Source: Nematocida ausubeli (taxonomy: Eukaryota). From it: a stretch of 64,000 nucleotides of DNA. This document shows positions 1 through 11,785 of this stretch, piece by piece (position 1 is the first letter of the stretch; each line of letters starts with the position of its first letter). The translations under genes were made by a program, and so were the position numbers. Under the pieces are notes generated by a model. The model was given only the letters and a program-made list of their open reading frames with translations. It made no database searches and was not told the origin of the DNA. Where the stretch lies: NCBI RefSeq assembly GCF_000738915.1, contig NW_026515638.1, positions 456,882-520,881 on the forward strand, in the 5' to 3' direction.

Positions 1-130
1 GGCCATAAATCCACCCAGTGGAATATAGCCATTTCAGTGCATTTTTCAGATGCATTGCACTACTTTGATGTAGTATTGAAACAAAGATCATTTGATTCTG
101 AGGTGTTCATTCAATAGTTGCTCTTCCTGC

Positions 131-988
131 TTAGGCTACTAACTGATTCATTGCAGTGGGCTCAATTACCTTTCCAAAGAAAATACTCCATTTATTGCTG
201 AGATTATTCATTTGACTAATGATGTGTAGCCTAAATATTCTATTTTTAAACTCCTTCGACTTATTTGGTGAAATATCTGGGAGAGTCCTGAATAGCTCCA
301 GATACAAAAGGTGGCCTTCTAACTCACCTATTCTCTTTAGCATTTCATATCTCTCAATCTCTTCCTTTACTTTGTCAGTAGTAAGATGATTTACTGCTAA
401 ATGCAGATTTCTTATTGTTTCTAAATATTCAGCCCATGAGCTGTTTGATATATCCTGGGCCTCAAGTTTTCTAGTAATCAGGCTAATTGTTTTATTGACT
501 TCCTCCAAATGCAAAAACTCCTTTGTCTGCTTTTTTCGTATAACATTCATCACAATGAACATGTACTCGTTCAGGTATGCATGTCTCATTAAATAGAACT
601 GCTCTATCATGGCATGGTTTCTTTTTTCGTTGAGGATCCACTCCTCATACTCATTTATCTCGTGCACAAGCGTTTCTATATCCATATTCAATAAATCAGC
701 TTCTCTCTGATGCAGCAGCTTTTCTTTTATTTTTGCAAATGATGCCATGAACAATTTATTACCTAGCAAAGAATCATTGTTTTCAGGGCTATTTTCGATT
801 TTTATGCTCTGATAATATGACTCTGCACTCTTATATTCAAGAAGCACCCTGTGCCTTTTTGCATCCTTATAAATCTTCTCCAGCACATTCGGCTTATATA
901 TGAGGTAGTGAAGAACAACTGCAATAACTAAAAACCCAATAATCTTGAACGTTTCCATGCTTACCCCTTCAATGGAGATCCCATCCAT
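131..988 (-). CDS. Hypothetical protein with N-terminal transmembrane helix and helical/coiled-coil body
   Basis: Long ORF. The track start (1066) is GTG; first ATGs are at 988 (MDGISIE) and 958 (METFK). Hydrophobic stretch FKIIGFLVIAVVLHYLIY. Confidence 0.7.
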   Translation of the reverse strand: MDGISIEGVSMETFKIIGFLVIAVVLHYLIYKPNVLEKIYKDAKRHRVLLEYKSAESYYQSIKIENSPENNDSLLGNKLFMASFAKIKEKLLHQREADLLNMDIETLVHEINEYEEWILNEKRNHAMIEQFYLMRHAYLNEYMFIVMNVIRKKQTKEFLHLEEVNKTISLITRKLEAQDISNSSWAEYLETIRNLHLAVNHLTTDKVKEEIERYEMLKRIGELEGHLLYLELFRTLPDISPNKSKEFKNRIFRLHIISQMNNLSNKWSIFFGKVIEPTAMNQLVA

Positions 989-1024
989 TCTTCTAATATT
1001 TTTTATTAGCTTTCTATTTGTAAA

Positions 1025-2356
1025 ATGCAGGATACAAAGGATCGCTACAGCTCCAGTGAGAGACACTCAGAAGAGAGAAGCACCGATGTAGAGGAAGATA
1101 TTAAAAAGCTAATGGGCAAGAAAACAGATAATTTAGACAAAAAAATGAGTGTGTCTATTGATCAGGCCGATACAACCATTTCATTGCTCAGGCAGCTTGC
1201 CCTGCAGTATGATGAGCTGGAGGCATTCTTTAAGTCGCATGACCCGAAGGTGCGAGACGACTTCCCAGCGGAACTGCTGACAGAGCTAGTAAAGTCAAGC
1301 AAGATATCGCCTACACTATGCAAAATGGTTGAGAGTGTGACTGAGGAGGCAAAAAACCTTCGAAGGGAAAATGAGCTACTAAAGGTTTCAGAGAAATCCA
1401 CAAGGGAACAGCTGGATAACAATACAGGATCCCATCGCAGTCTTAAGCTAGAAGTAAAATACCTAAACCAGGCGCTAAAAGAGGCAACTAAAGAGATAAA
1501 AAAGCAGAAGGATGAAGCAACCGCCCAAAGAAAAAGAATGCTTGAGATGGAAACATCTTTGGAAGCACAGAAGAAGATTGCAAAAAGTCTCCTCCAAGAC
1601 AAAAAGGTGAGCAACAAAGAAACTGATATACATGAGGAGGAGAAGCAGATACTGCAGGACATGATAAAGCATAAGGACGCAGAAGTAGAGAGGGCAAAGC
1701 GGGAGAAGGAAGAAATGGCGTATGAAAAGCAGAAAATAAGAAGAGAGTACGAGGTACTTCATATACAATACAGCCGTCTAAAGAAAAGAGCTGAGCTGAA
1801 GGAGAAGGCATTGTATTCATGCACCGAGGAGATGGAGCTGTTAATCAAGCAAATGGACAAACTCTCAAAGTCTGACATGCAGAAAAAAGAGAGACTCGAA
1901 TACATGGAAATAAATAAAAAGAAAAGGCTGTATGATAGTCATCTGGGAAATAGAGCAAAAGAGCAGCCTGCATATCCTGTAAAAGGGCATAAAGTACAGG
2001 CAGCACCCGCACGATATGCAAGAGCAGAGCAAAAACCGAAAGGAAAACCCATCATCCAACCAGAAGTCATCCCAGATGAAACAGATCATACCGAAACATC
2101 TGAGCCTGCAAATGAAAGCATAACAGATATTCCTATTTCCTTTTCGCAGGCAGTAGACAATGCATCAGTGCCAGATCTAGACTCTATTTCTTCGGATAGA
2201 ACTGCAACCAGCTACAAGGATATGCAGCGCAAAACAGAAGAAATGTCTAAAAAGTTGAAAGATCTGGAAAACCTTCTAAGTGAAATCAAGCGATCAAACG
2301 ACTCAGAGCTTGATAAAGTAGAAGAAAAGATCAATCATAAAACAAAGCGCACGTAG
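1025..2356 (+). CDS. Long coiled-coil protein of unknown function
   Basis: 443 aa, E/K/Q-rich heptad pattern with a low-complexity linker near the C-terminus; AT-rich sequence just upstream of the ATG. Confidence 0.8.
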   Translation: MQDTKDRYSSSERHSEERSTDVEEDIKKLMGKKTDNLDKKMSVSIDQADTTISLLRQLALQYDELEAFFKSHDPKVRDDFPAELLTELVKSSKISPTLCKMVESVTEEAKNLRRENELLKVSEKSTREQLDNNTGSHRSLKLEVKYLNQALKEATKEIKKQKDEATAQRKRMLEMETSLEAQKKIAKSLLQDKKVSNKETDIHEEEKQILQDMIKHKDAEVERAKREKEEMAYEKQKIRREYEVLHIQYSRLKKRAELKEKALYSCTEEMELLIKQMDKLSKSDMQKKERLEYMEINKKKRLYDSHLGNRAKEQPAYPVKGHKVQAAPARYARAEQKPKGKPIIQPEVIPDETDHTETSEPANESITDIPISFSQAVDNASVPDLDSISSDRTATSYKDMQRKTEEMSKKLKDLENLLSEIKRSNDSELDKVEEKINHKTKRT

Positions 2357-3324
2357 GAATAATCCTACATATAAGAACATGCCTGCATTTATGAATCCTA
2401 TTCGTAAGTGTCTATTAAGTGCCCTTTCTATTGCCATAATGTATGCATATAGTAGTTTTATTTAAGCCTTTTAACTAATAAAGGTATGCTTGTCTGCTAT
2501 ACTTGCATTTTATGAACTACATATGGCAATGTGCTTATATGCAGACTGGGATTATATGGGTTTTTAGTATATTCTACTATAGAGCTGCATTAATAAAAAG
2601 GCTGGATAGTACTAAGCGCATGCTTGCATAAGCATATACTCTGCATGGTCCTGTATGGAACTTTTTTATTCTGAAATATAGGAGAAGCTTGAATTTGAAT
2701 ACTTTTAGCCTAATGTTGTTAAATAAATATACATTAACTTCATCTTAAACGAGACCTTGGACAACAGCTCCTTTTTCAAATTCTCTGCATATATTTAGAC
2801 TATTACTGCACACACCTTCAGATCTTGAAGTAGAACAAGCATAAGAAATTAAGGAAGAATAAATATTTTCAATGTGCAATGTTAAGCCCATATGTCTTTT
2901 GACTGCGCATATAAAAGGTCTGGAAAAAACTGCACTCCTTCACTTCTTATTGACCACCAGGTAATTATACTTAAAATAGTAAATTATTTCTAGTCATGTA
3001 ATTAATACAAGCCTATAGAGTGTAGCTACCTGTGATCTGGTAATTAAAATTATAGTGCTAGAACTCCAAGTAGTCTACTAAACTCTTTTCACCCCAGCCC
3101 ATAGATTAATTTTAGCCATTTTAACTCATGCAGAATATTCTATGTGGTCAGGGCGTAGGCTAAAAGCAAGCTATCTCTATGGCGAATGCACTCTCTAGTA
3201 TGAGATGCATTTCAAAAGTATGACTGGATCATCGCTAGGAAAAACAATTGGCTGTAGAATAAAAAATGGACTAATTATAATTTCATTACATATGCATATA
3301 AAAGGATTTTTCTTTAAGTAAATA

Positions 3325-4035
3325 ATGGACTATGCAAAGCTTAAAACAAGATTAAAGGACAAGTTTACAAAGGAGTACAAAAAGACACAGCACACAGGCG
3401 CATACTTAGACGCAGAGAAAGAGTACAAAAAAACCAGAGAGTCCATAAAAATAATGGAAATCGAACTGCAGGCCCTGCAGCAAGCATTCACTACATCATC
3501 TATATACGACAATATAACTAGCAGTTTGGCATCCGGGCTAGAGCTCGTAAAAGAAAGCATAAAGAAACAAGGCAGAGCAAGAACAGAAGTATCAAAAGAA
3601 GAAGTAGACGTGTTTGGTCTCTTCGCAGGGTCTTCTCTGGTGCTGGCCAATAACACAGCAGGAGAAGCATCCAGGCAGTTTGAAGGCCTCTCATACTCGC
3701 TGAAGAAAGTGTCTGCGTCACGTGTGCAGCTTAAAGAAGGCATAAATCGGGTTATGGATCTACTTAAAGAGCTCAAGGACATGTCTCTTGAGATAGATGA
3801 TAGCAGACTGAAGATACTAGATCTAAGACAATGTGTAGAGGCTGCGAGATCAGCAGAGGAAGAAGAGAAATACAAACAGGAGTACACAGAGCAAACATCT
3901 AAGGTGTATGAAGAAATGAAGAGATTTACTGAGTCACCTGAGCTATCAGAAATAGCACTAGGGCTTGCAGGGGCACTTCGAGGATTCTTTGGAGATGCGT
4001 ATGATGCGATGGCAGAAAGCATAAGTGACAAGTAA
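3325..4035 (+). CDS. BAR-domain-like protein (Gvp36 / microsporidian spore wall protein SWP12-like)
   Basis: 236 aa all-helical pattern; N-terminal K..T....Y...EKEY segment and length resemble BAR_2 proteins as I recall them. Family call is tentative. Confidence 0.55.
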   Translation: MDYAKLKTRLKDKFTKEYKKTQHTGAYLDAEKEYKKTRESIKIMEIELQALQQAFTTSSIYDNITSSLASGLELVKESIKKQGRARTEVSKEEVDVFGLFAGSSLVLANNTAGEASRQFEGLSYSLKKVSASRVQLKEGINRVMDLLKELKDMSLEIDDSRLKILDLRQCVEAARSAEEEEKYKQEYTEQTSKVYEEMKRFTESPELSEIALGLAGALRGFFGDAYDAMAESISDK

Positions 4036-4049
4036 TTAAAATACACCTT

Positions 4050-4796
4050 TCATTTATTTATCAAAGCAAAAGCTTTAAAAAACTTTTTTGTTGTTGTTGA
4101 GTTGTGTGATCCTGATATTTCTATTTTTGTTTTATCTGATAGGTCTGCAAGTGTATTTGCAACTGTTATTTTGCAGACAGGTGTGCCGCCATTCATAGTT
4201 ATATAGAAAACCAAATAGTAAAGGAAAGAGGCAGCCCTAGAGGTAAACTGGGGATATATCCACGTATTGAACAAATTAATGTTATATGATGTGCTTGGGG
4301 TGTATTTCAGGGATATAAAACCGTCTATTTCAGGAACATCTTCTATTTCCGTTGTATTTATGTATATCTCTCCATTTGTCATTCCGCCCCCCATTAGAAG
4401 AATAACAGTATTTTGAGACTGGACAGCTCTATGAATGTTTTCAATGCTAGTATATGTTTGCACATTGTATCTGTCTATCTTGAGTATCTTTCTATCTTGA
4501 ACTGCATATATAGAAGGGCTTCCAAATATTCTATACAGGTTGTTTACATCAAAAATGGATGTGTATGTACATATGTATGTTCCTCCTGTTTTCTTTAGTT
4601 TCTTTGGAATCGGATTTGCCAGTGGTGTAAAGATGCCTGACCAGAAGTACTTGTATAGGAACACTGGCATGTACAAAACTGCATTTATAATAAGGTTGAA
4701 GAATAAAACTGGAAATAGCAATATCTTGTATTTAGTAATCCTGACGTATGGATTGATTCCTGTCACAGGGTCGCTAAATTCTGTGTACTTTTCCAT
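4050..4796 (-). CDS. LOA1: Lysophosphatidic acid acyltransferase, Loa1/Vps66-like
   Basis: N-terminus MEKYTEFSDPVTGINPY resembles yeast Loa1 MEKYTNWRDNGTGIAPF; hydrophobic segment follows; YICTYTSIFD matches YICNCTSPLD; GGMTNG matches EGTSCNG. Confidence 0.75.
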   Translation of the reverse strand: MEKYTEFSDPVTGINPYVRITKYKILLFPVLFFNLIINAVLYMPVFLYKYFWSGIFTPLANPIPKKLKKTGGTYICTYTSIFDVNNLYRIFGSPSIYAVQDRKILKIDRYNVQTYTSIENIHRAVQSQNTVILLMGGGMTNGEIYINTTEIEDVPEIDGFISLKYTPSTSYNINLFNTWIYPQFTSRAASFLYYLVFYITMNGGTPVCKITVANTLADLSDKTKIEISGSHNSTTTKKFFKAFALINK

Positions 4797-5490
4797 TTAA
4801 TGCAGCAAAAATATTTCTATTTATTTCTTCTAGTTTTATGCTGCTTAGTAGGAAATACTTACTAAGGTTGTTTCAAGTAAAACCAAGAGTACTATTTGAA
4901 TTTCCTTAAATCTTGATGGTGTACATTATTTAAGAAGAAAGCCCTTAGTGTTTTCCCAAATAATACAAGCCTTCTTATTACCTATGAAAATCTACTGTAT
5001 TTTCTTTGCATCACATGAAATGTGCATTTTCTAATTTCACTGATCTTTTTGGGTATTGTGTGGCTTTTTGGTATAGTAAAACTAGACTCTAGTTACTTAG
5101 CTATAACTATATGCATATATCTCTATTCTAGAGAGTTTTGTAAGTTACAGTGGATGGGCTGCAATTTACTTAAGATATTACTGCAAGACATATATGAAAA
5201 TGGTGCAAGTGCTGGCAAAGCAGTAAGCCATAGCGCATAGAGTTATTGAGCATTCAAAAAAATTATCTTCTATAATTCTTAAGCACATTACTCCTCCATG
5301 CCAATTCAGTGCACTAAGGCCACAGAATAGTTATCAACACCGCTATGCAGATGGTTATCTACAGATGATACAATCTCTATGAGTAATATGTATATATTTG
5401 GTGGAAATGGAGAATTTAATAGTACATGCATATTTAGAGAAAAATAAATGAGCATACAGAAGAGTTCTTCATGAATAGACTAGTAGTCAT

Positions 5491-6342
5491 CTACAGTATC
5501 TTGGAGATAAATGAAACAGTTCTTTTGTTCATTTCTATGCTAATTCTATTCTTATGCAATAAGCTAATCAAAGTCTCTGTGTAGTATTTGTTTATGTAGG
5601 GCAAGCCTGCTTGCTGGTTTTTGTCACTCGGCACCTCCTTATATGCTAATTTTAGTGAGAGATTGAAAACTGGTGAGTCAGTTGTTTCACCATGATATAT
5701 ATACGTTATGTCAAGAAGTCTAATATTGTATGTTCCGTGCTCCCCTACTACTTCTATCTCCTGTCTTGTCTGCAGGGCATCATATAGATAGTAGAACAGA
5801 AAGTATTCATCTGGCATGCCTGTTGTAATTTGGTTGTAGAATACTTTTGTATACATCTGCTGGTCATCCTTCTTGTCACACTCCATGCTACTGCGTATGC
5901 ACTTTGGCACTCTTTCATTCTCTATAACTAGATATAGTGTAGAATATAGAACACCATTCTTTTTTGGCTTTATGTCTTGCTCTGCTAGGTGTGCAAACTC
6001 TCTACAGTGGCAGGACCACATATCAATCAACTCTTCCCACCCGTCTGCAGGAAGCCTCAAAACACTTTCATTCTCAACAGCTGTGCACCTGCACGGGCAT
6101 ACTACTGTCTTCAGCAGACGCACCATATTCTCTTCCAATTCACTGTTCAGCTGCATTTCCAGAGAGCTTGTCTCTGGTGTTTCAAAGATCTTATTTGCTC
6201 GAATTATTGTGTACTCATTCTCTTTGTATATTTTATGCGGGTTCTTGAGTATGTTTTGTATTGCTGCATTTTCTGGGGAGTACTCTGCGCTTTTTATGTA
6301 TATAAGACATCCGTCTATTCCATCAAGTATCTCCACTAGCAT
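5491..6342 (-). CDS. HECT-like (HECT_2) protein, UBE3D/Ipa1 family
   Basis: CxC followed by LPADGWEELIDMWSCH, matching the LPSxxWxExxDxWxCH family signature. Confidence 0.75.
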   Translation of the reverse strand: MLVEILDGIDGCLIYIKSAEYSPENAAIQNILKNPHKIYKENEYTIIRANKIFETPETSSLEMQLNSELEENMVRLLKTVVCPCRCTAVENESVLRLPADGWEELIDMWSCHCREFAHLAEQDIKPKKNGVLYSTLYLVIENERVPKCIRSSMECDKKDDQQMYTKVFYNQITTGMPDEYFLFYYLYDALQTRQEIEVVGEHGTYNIRLLDITYIYHGETTDSPVFNLSLKLAYKEVPSDKNQQAGLPYINKYYTETLISLLHKNRISIEMNKRTVSFISKIL

Positions 6343-6410
6343 TTCTGTGCTGAAGCACTTTTAGTTTAATAAATATAAATATAGACAAATGAGTCAGCTA
6401 AAATTTTTCA

Positions 6411-7379
6411 ATGAACCACGCAGAGACTGTTGGAACTGAAAATATGATTGCAGAGGCATCAATAGCAAATGAGAACAGCAAGGAGATGTGCTGTCCAGAA
6501 GAAGTGGGCAGGCAAGTGCCAGAAGTGCAGTGTGCATCGACTAAAACTGTGACTTCCAGCCATACCCCAAAAAAGACTCTTCTTCTTCTTTCGCTAAAGT
6601 CACCGGGTGCATGCAGACAGCTAGTGAGCGATCTTACTTCATTGCTCCCAGAGAACACTGTAAGAGACTCAAAGCTAAAGGAAAGATTCTCAATCTATGA
6701 CGTAGCAGATATTGCCGACATGCGAGATGCAGAAAACATACTGGTTATTGAGACGCGAAAGAAAAGCCCTGCACCAATTATGTGGGCAGTTGCAAAAACT
6801 GACTTAGCAGCAAGCAAGACAGGATACGATGTCATTAAGTTCATGCTAACTGGGGTATACACTATGAGTGAGCTAAAGTTCCTAGGAAACCCATTAGCAA
6901 ACACACAAATGACTACACTTTTCACAGAAGACTTTGAGAAGAGTGCTGGTCTTAGAAAGGCAAAGAGCATTCTATTGCAGATATTCAATACAACAGTGGA
7001 GATAGAAGAAGAGCCATCAACCACAAAGGACTATGTCGATAAGATTGCATCTTTCTTTATTTTAGACAACTCTATACACGTCCGCTTCTACCACATACAG
7101 AAAAAGACACGAGAGGCTGAAAAAATCATTGCAAGCAGGCTAAGACAAGAGAAGAAGCTGAATGCAGAGAAGAAAGAGGAAGAGAAGATAGATGAAATTG
7201 AAGCAAACAACAAGCCCGACGAGGAAGCAGAGGTAGACCCAAATATAGAAGCAGTAATTGCATCAGCAGAAGATCAAGTTCCATGGTATGAAATCAAGGA
7301 GTGTGGGCCTAGATTTACTCTACACCCTAGAGACAGTGACTTAGATGATAACTACACAGAGCCACAGGAGAAGAACTAA
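6411..7379 (+). CDS. BRX1: Brix-domain ribosome biogenesis protein (Brx1-like)
   Basis: LxxDLxxLLP..DSKL, ETRKK, TMSELKFLGN, IHVRFYHI and the C-terminal sigma70-like motif ECGPRFTL. Confidence 0.8.
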   Translation: MNHAETVGTENMIAEASIANENSKEMCCPEEVGRQVPEVQCASTKTVTSSHTPKKTLLLLSLKSPGACRQLVSDLTSLLPENTVRDSKLKERFSIYDVADIADMRDAENILVIETRKKSPAPIMWAVAKTDLAASKTGYDVIKFMLTGVYTMSELKFLGNPLANTQMTTLFTEDFEKSAGLRKAKSILLQIFNTTVEIEEEPSTTKDYVDKIASFFILDNSIHVRFYHIQKKTREAEKIIASRLRQEKKLNAEKKEEEKIDEIEANNKPDEEAEVDPNIEAVIASAEDQVPWYEIKECGPRFTLHPRDSDLDDNYTEPQEKN

Positions 7380-7989
7380 TGTCTCGTTGCAAAAATTCTA
7401 TTATAATTTATATCCAGAGTTTTAAATAAATTTTACCCTTCAGATATATTTACTATTCACATTGTGCGCTAGCTCTGAAGACATTTTATAAAAAACATAT
7501 TTTAAAGTTTATAAAACAAATATACCATACTTCTAGATGAAAGAAATATAATGCAAGATGCTGCACCTAATGCTTTCAGTTAATAGAAACACTAGAACAT
7601 ATTTTGGGGCGTGAAGATATACCAGATGGATCTTTCTAGCGCTGTAATATACTTTACATAAAACTAGCACAGACTGTGTACTCAGAAAATGTCAGCTGGT
7701 AGGAATTTTTAAGCATTCAATAGAGCAATATAAAGGCTCCCCAAAAGTGTGCATGAATCTAAAATATTTATTTGAATGCGCAGGCTGTGTTAAAGCTTTT
7801 TGCACTCCTCTAAGAGGGGATGCTGAGTGATTGAGTATAAAAGAGGTACTTTGCATTACTTCTATTAGGATAAATAATATAGAAATCTTAAAATAAGCAA
7901 ACTGTCTTGTGAGTTTTCCAGCACCCTACACAACTCTCATAACGGAGTGTGTTTATTTCTTGCACGTGCTAATAACAAATTCTAAATAT

Positions 7990-9780
7990 TTATTCAACTC
8001 TTTCTTTACATCCTTGTATTTGATGGCCCCGTAAATTAATATACCGCATTCCTGTCAGAAGAAGTGATGCTCCAACAATCATATCCAGAGAATCCATTTC
8101 ATCCACACTAACATGAATTACTCCTGAGCGGCAGAAGTACGGAATGCACCCCATGCTATGGAGAATTTTGCTAATATGCACTTCGTCTGCTGCTTTGTTA
8201 GAGCTACCTCCAAGCGCACTGGAGTAGTGGGATACCTCCTCGTACCCTTTCATCTGCGTTGGGCTGAGAGAGAACGATATGTCCTGCACGCTTGGGATAA
8301 ACATTTCCTTAAAGGAGGAAGATATTTCGTGTGTGCTGGTAACCCCTGGGATGCTTTCCATAATTAGAAGAGCCTTTTTAAATACCTGGTTGATCTTGTT
8401 GAACATTCTCTCATTTGGCAGGTTAATTGTATAGACACCATCTCTATGCGTTACCTCTATATTTCCTGTGCTTTTGGCACGAATTTTGTTTTTTCCTGGG
8501 CGAATATCAAGCGTGTACCCATATGAGTACTGTGTAGAGAGCACTGCCCGCAAGCCGCCAGCTAGAGTATTTGCCTTGTATCCTGTTCGGTAGCATAGTA
8601 TCTCCACGGCTTTGCTGCCTATGTAGTGCGGGTATATCCCATGCGCATGCAAAAGAGTCTTAACTAGAGCGCAAAGCTTTGGGAACACCTTCTGGGCAAG
8701 CGCAATTTCCATGAAGAATCTTTCGTACTGAATCCTAAAGTTCATTAGATAGTATTTATCTTGGTGCCATACCATTTCCATTGGAACATCAAAGATAAAC
8801 TCGAAGCTTTCCCCAAACACACTGGAAAACAGAGTATTGTCGGGTGTTATTCCCTCTATCTTATTTCGCCTCTCCAGTGCCTTTCCAAGAATTCCATTTA
8901 GAGCAGTTATTGAGGCATCAGAGAGGCACTCATCCTTTTCTGGCCATAGGTGCCCTCTTCCCACCCTTAGGTATATCTGAGATCGGTCTTCTGCTATTGC
9001 ACGCGTTCCTCTATTATAACTTCCGGTGTATATTGAATCCAAGAGACTCACAGGAAAGGACTCCCGAATAATATCAAGCGACTTAATAATTGAGTCATGG
9101 CTTTTCTTTTTGTTGAGCTCAATATATTTTATTGTCACTGAGTCTAGCGCAACAGTTGGGGTAAGAATTCTTCCACGCCGCTTTCCATCTTCTGCCTTTG
9201 CTGGGTTTTCTGGAAGTGTCTTAATATGAAATATCATACTAAGCATTTTATGCCTAACTGTATCCTGTGCAGTTGTGTTTAGAGAAGAACACAGGCGAAT
9301 CTCTCCACTCTGGAACTTCCTGTACTCTACCTTATTGTTCCATATTTCTCTGAATCTTTCAATTTCTTCACTACTCCCAGGCTGTTTTTTTGTGATCGCT
9401 GGGGGGCCTATCACCAAGGAGGATGGCTCTTCGTTGTATTTAATGTGAAGGTAGTATTTATCGTCTTTCTTTGCCAGATAGAATGAGTTGAGAACATCTC
9501 TAAATATGGCCTTTAGCTCTCTTTCCATGTATTTTATCTCTTCTTCATGCGAAGTAGCATCTATATTCTGCGATGTAGGCATGGAGTACTCCACTAGCTC
9601 ATCATAGCACAGGTAAATTCCTTTGGCCTCGCACTCCTCTATGTCCTTGAAGAATGGGTTTTCCTTTAGCTTTGCGTAAACACTCTCGTTTGTTTCGTTC
9701 TCTATTGCAATTTCTCTTAGCGGGCTTCCCACCAATTTGTGCTTTCTAAGTAGCTTCTCAAGCAAAGGCGACGGTTTCAT
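7990..9780 (-). CDS. UTP22: Reduced Nrap / U3 snoRNP protein Utp22 (NOL6)-like
   Basis: GP....EEIERFREIWNNKVEYRKFQSGEI matches the Utp22 FRxFWGxKxELRRFxDGxI motif; also G..WP and LVKxxLxAH. Confidence 0.7.
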   Translation of the reverse strand: MKPSPLLEKLLRKHKLVGSPLREIAIENETNESVYAKLKENPFFKDIEECEAKGIYLCYDELVEYSMPTSQNIDATSHEEEIKYMERELKAIFRDVLNSFYLAKKDDKYYLHIKYNEEPSSLVIGPPAITKKQPGSSEEIERFREIWNNKVEYRKFQSGEIRLCSSLNTTAQDTVRHKMLSMIFHIKTLPENPAKAEDGKRRGRILTPTVALDSVTIKYIELNKKKSHDSIIKSLDIIRESFPVSLLDSIYTGSYNRGTRAIAEDRSQIYLRVGRGHLWPEKDECLSDASITALNGILGKALERRNKIEGITPDNTLFSSVFGESFEFIFDVPMEMVWHQDKYYLMNFRIQYERFFMEIALAQKVFPKLCALVKTLLHAHGIYPHYIGSKAVEILCYRTGYKANTLAGGLRAVLSTQYSYGYTLDIRPGKNKIRAKSTGNIEVTHRDGVYTINLPNERMFNKINQVFKKALLIMESIPGVTSTHEISSSFKEMFIPSVQDISFSLSPTQMKGYEEVSHYSSALGGSSNKAADEVHISKILHSMGCIPYFCRSGVIHVSVDEMDSLDMIVGASLLLTGMRYINLRGHQIQGCKERVE

Positions 9781-10348
9781 TCTGAGCTAAAATTTTTATG
9801 CTTCTTTGAAGCCTCTGTGTACTGCTAGATGACCAAGCACATAAACACGCAGAAAAAGCTGCTGTTTAAGATATAGCCTAAATATGCACGCAGCAAGACA
9901 TAATAGTGTACACAGTAGATGCTATGAGTCATATAGGGTGCATTCTGCTAGAGAAGAATTACCATGACTAAGGGTATACTAGGTGTTATAATGCAGCTAG
10001 ATATATTTAATTAGTGTTTATACTTAAGAAATATTATTTAGAATGACATAATATTTACATATATACAGTTAGTTAAAAGTTGCTTATTGCTGCTTTTTTA
10101 TACCATGCTAAGCACGGATGTGGCTCTCTAATAAAATGCTACAAAGAGAATAGCTAAAAGATAATTGGCGGAAGGCATCTGAATAACATGAAAATGCAAG
10201 TGGTCTATATTTTAGAGGGCAAATATTGGTTGCATACTACCCATACAGATATTCAGTGTATAAACTACGCCTTCAAATAGAGAGAAGATGTATGATTGTG
10301 TGAAAATACAGGGTTAGATGAATCTTTATTATGCATTTAACAGAGTGT

Positions 10349-10549
10349 CTAATAGGTACTATTCAGTCCAGATGATGGCGTAGCAGTCTCTTTAAAAGAT
10401 GATCTGTTGTTTATGTCACCGCTAGATGAATGCCCTGCAGACTGTGGGCGGTTTGCGAATAATGTGCTATAGGCATGTATCATCATAGCATATCCGAGTA
10501 TCATGCCTACTACTATAATTATTATTGTCACTATACCGATTAGTCGCAT
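10349..10549 (-). CDS. Possible small single-pass membrane or secreted protein
   Basis: 66 aa from ATG 10549: MRLIGIVTIIIIVVGMILGYAMMI followed by an S/T/P-rich polar tail. Short, so it may be spurious. Confidence 0.4.
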   Translation of the reverse strand: MRLIGIVTIIIIVVGMILGYAMMIHAYSTLFANRPQSAGHSSSGDINNRSSFKETATPSSGLNSTY

Positions 10550-10995
10550 AGCTGTTGATTTTCTCAAGTATTTTGTCTAAATAAAATCAACTAAGGAGAA
10601 GTTCCTTTAATGGATCAATAGAATTCATTCGAGTAAACATGCAATAAAATTGTCTATTTAAACTGCTGCAGATGACTATATATAAAGAAAGTGTGTTTAT
10701 CAACTCAAAATAGGTTTTCACCACACTTAGTATACTGCAAAAGAAAGCAGTGCTACTAAATATTACTTTGCTTTACCAAATACAAATATTTATATACTCT
10801 TTAATTGCTTTGCATATAGTGGTTATGTACGCTTATCTGGACTAATTTCTACATGAGGACTATGAATTGAGTGTAAAATGCAACGATATATGCACTCTCA
10901 TATCATACAAAACTCACATAAATCAGCATTTCTATATACAATGCACCATATTGTAATGGTTAAGCTGTGTATATAAGAGTATAAAAGAAAATATA

Positions 10996-11313
10996 GGTTA
11001 TTTTTCTTTCTTACCTTGAGGGCATGAAACCCTCCTTCGGATTAGCAATGTAGATTGATGCTGGTCATTGTCTTCTGGGATTTTGGTTGTAGGCCAACAC
11101 ACTACAAAGAGGCTTGCTTTGGATTAAGAACAGCTTATACTTTGTGATACAACGGGTTATATCCAAGAAAGTATAGAACATATTGTATTCTCTAGCTAGC
11201 ATTCAGCAAGATACATGCTATTGGATACTTTTTTATCTGCAAGAGCGTTATTGTGCCTGTCTCTTTTAAGAGCTAGCAAGAATAATATCCTGGCTTTTTT
11301 AAAAAAATAGGCT
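10996..11313 (+). mobile_element. Copy of ~290-bp MITE-like dispersed element
   Basis: CCTTGAGGGCATGAAACC...TGCTGGTCATTGTCTTC..G.TTTTGGTTGTAGGCCAACA is shared with 39011-39308; 3' end AAAAAAATAGGCT. No clear TSD. Confidence 0.65.
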
Positions 11314-11502
11314 TCATTATAATGAGCTTTCTCTCTTCTAAACTATGTAAAGAGGTAAATTTAGATTTATTTTTAAAATCTCATACCAAAATAGCCTGAA
11401 CAAATTAATTAAGTCATTACTGTGTTAAAGAATATTACCATTACGTTTTTATCAGCAATAGCATTTATATTAGCATATGCCAGAAAAGCCTACAATAATA
11501 CG

Positions 11503-11785
11503 AGCTTGTTTTGCCTCTTCGAAATATTAGACTCACTCATAATAAACTGGATATGATTTATTTCTCATCGTCTATTTATAGACCTCGCCAACATCATAAT
11601 GATGCCATATTTCCTGAATAGGCAAATAGCAATATATGTCATTTATAATCATTTGATTGTAGGCGTAATAATACAAGCAGAGTCCATATACTGTGTTATC
11701 TTCCAATCAAAACCTCGAAAGCAATAACCAACATCAACTATATTAATAATGCGGAATAAGGTTTCATGCTAAAGGCAAGGAAACC
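11503..11785 (-). mobile_element. Copy of MITE-like element flanked by 10-bp direct repeat CAATAATACG
   Basis: Reverse complement aligns end to end with 39011-39308. Direct repeats at 11493-11502 and 11786-11795. The paralogous flank at ~56420 has one copy of the repeat and no insert. Confidence 0.75.

Noticed and set aside
3330..4046. 238-aa antisense ORF and the many other shadow ORFs opposite real genes
   Set aside because: Ser/Phe/Leu-rich mirror translations of E/K-rich sense genes.
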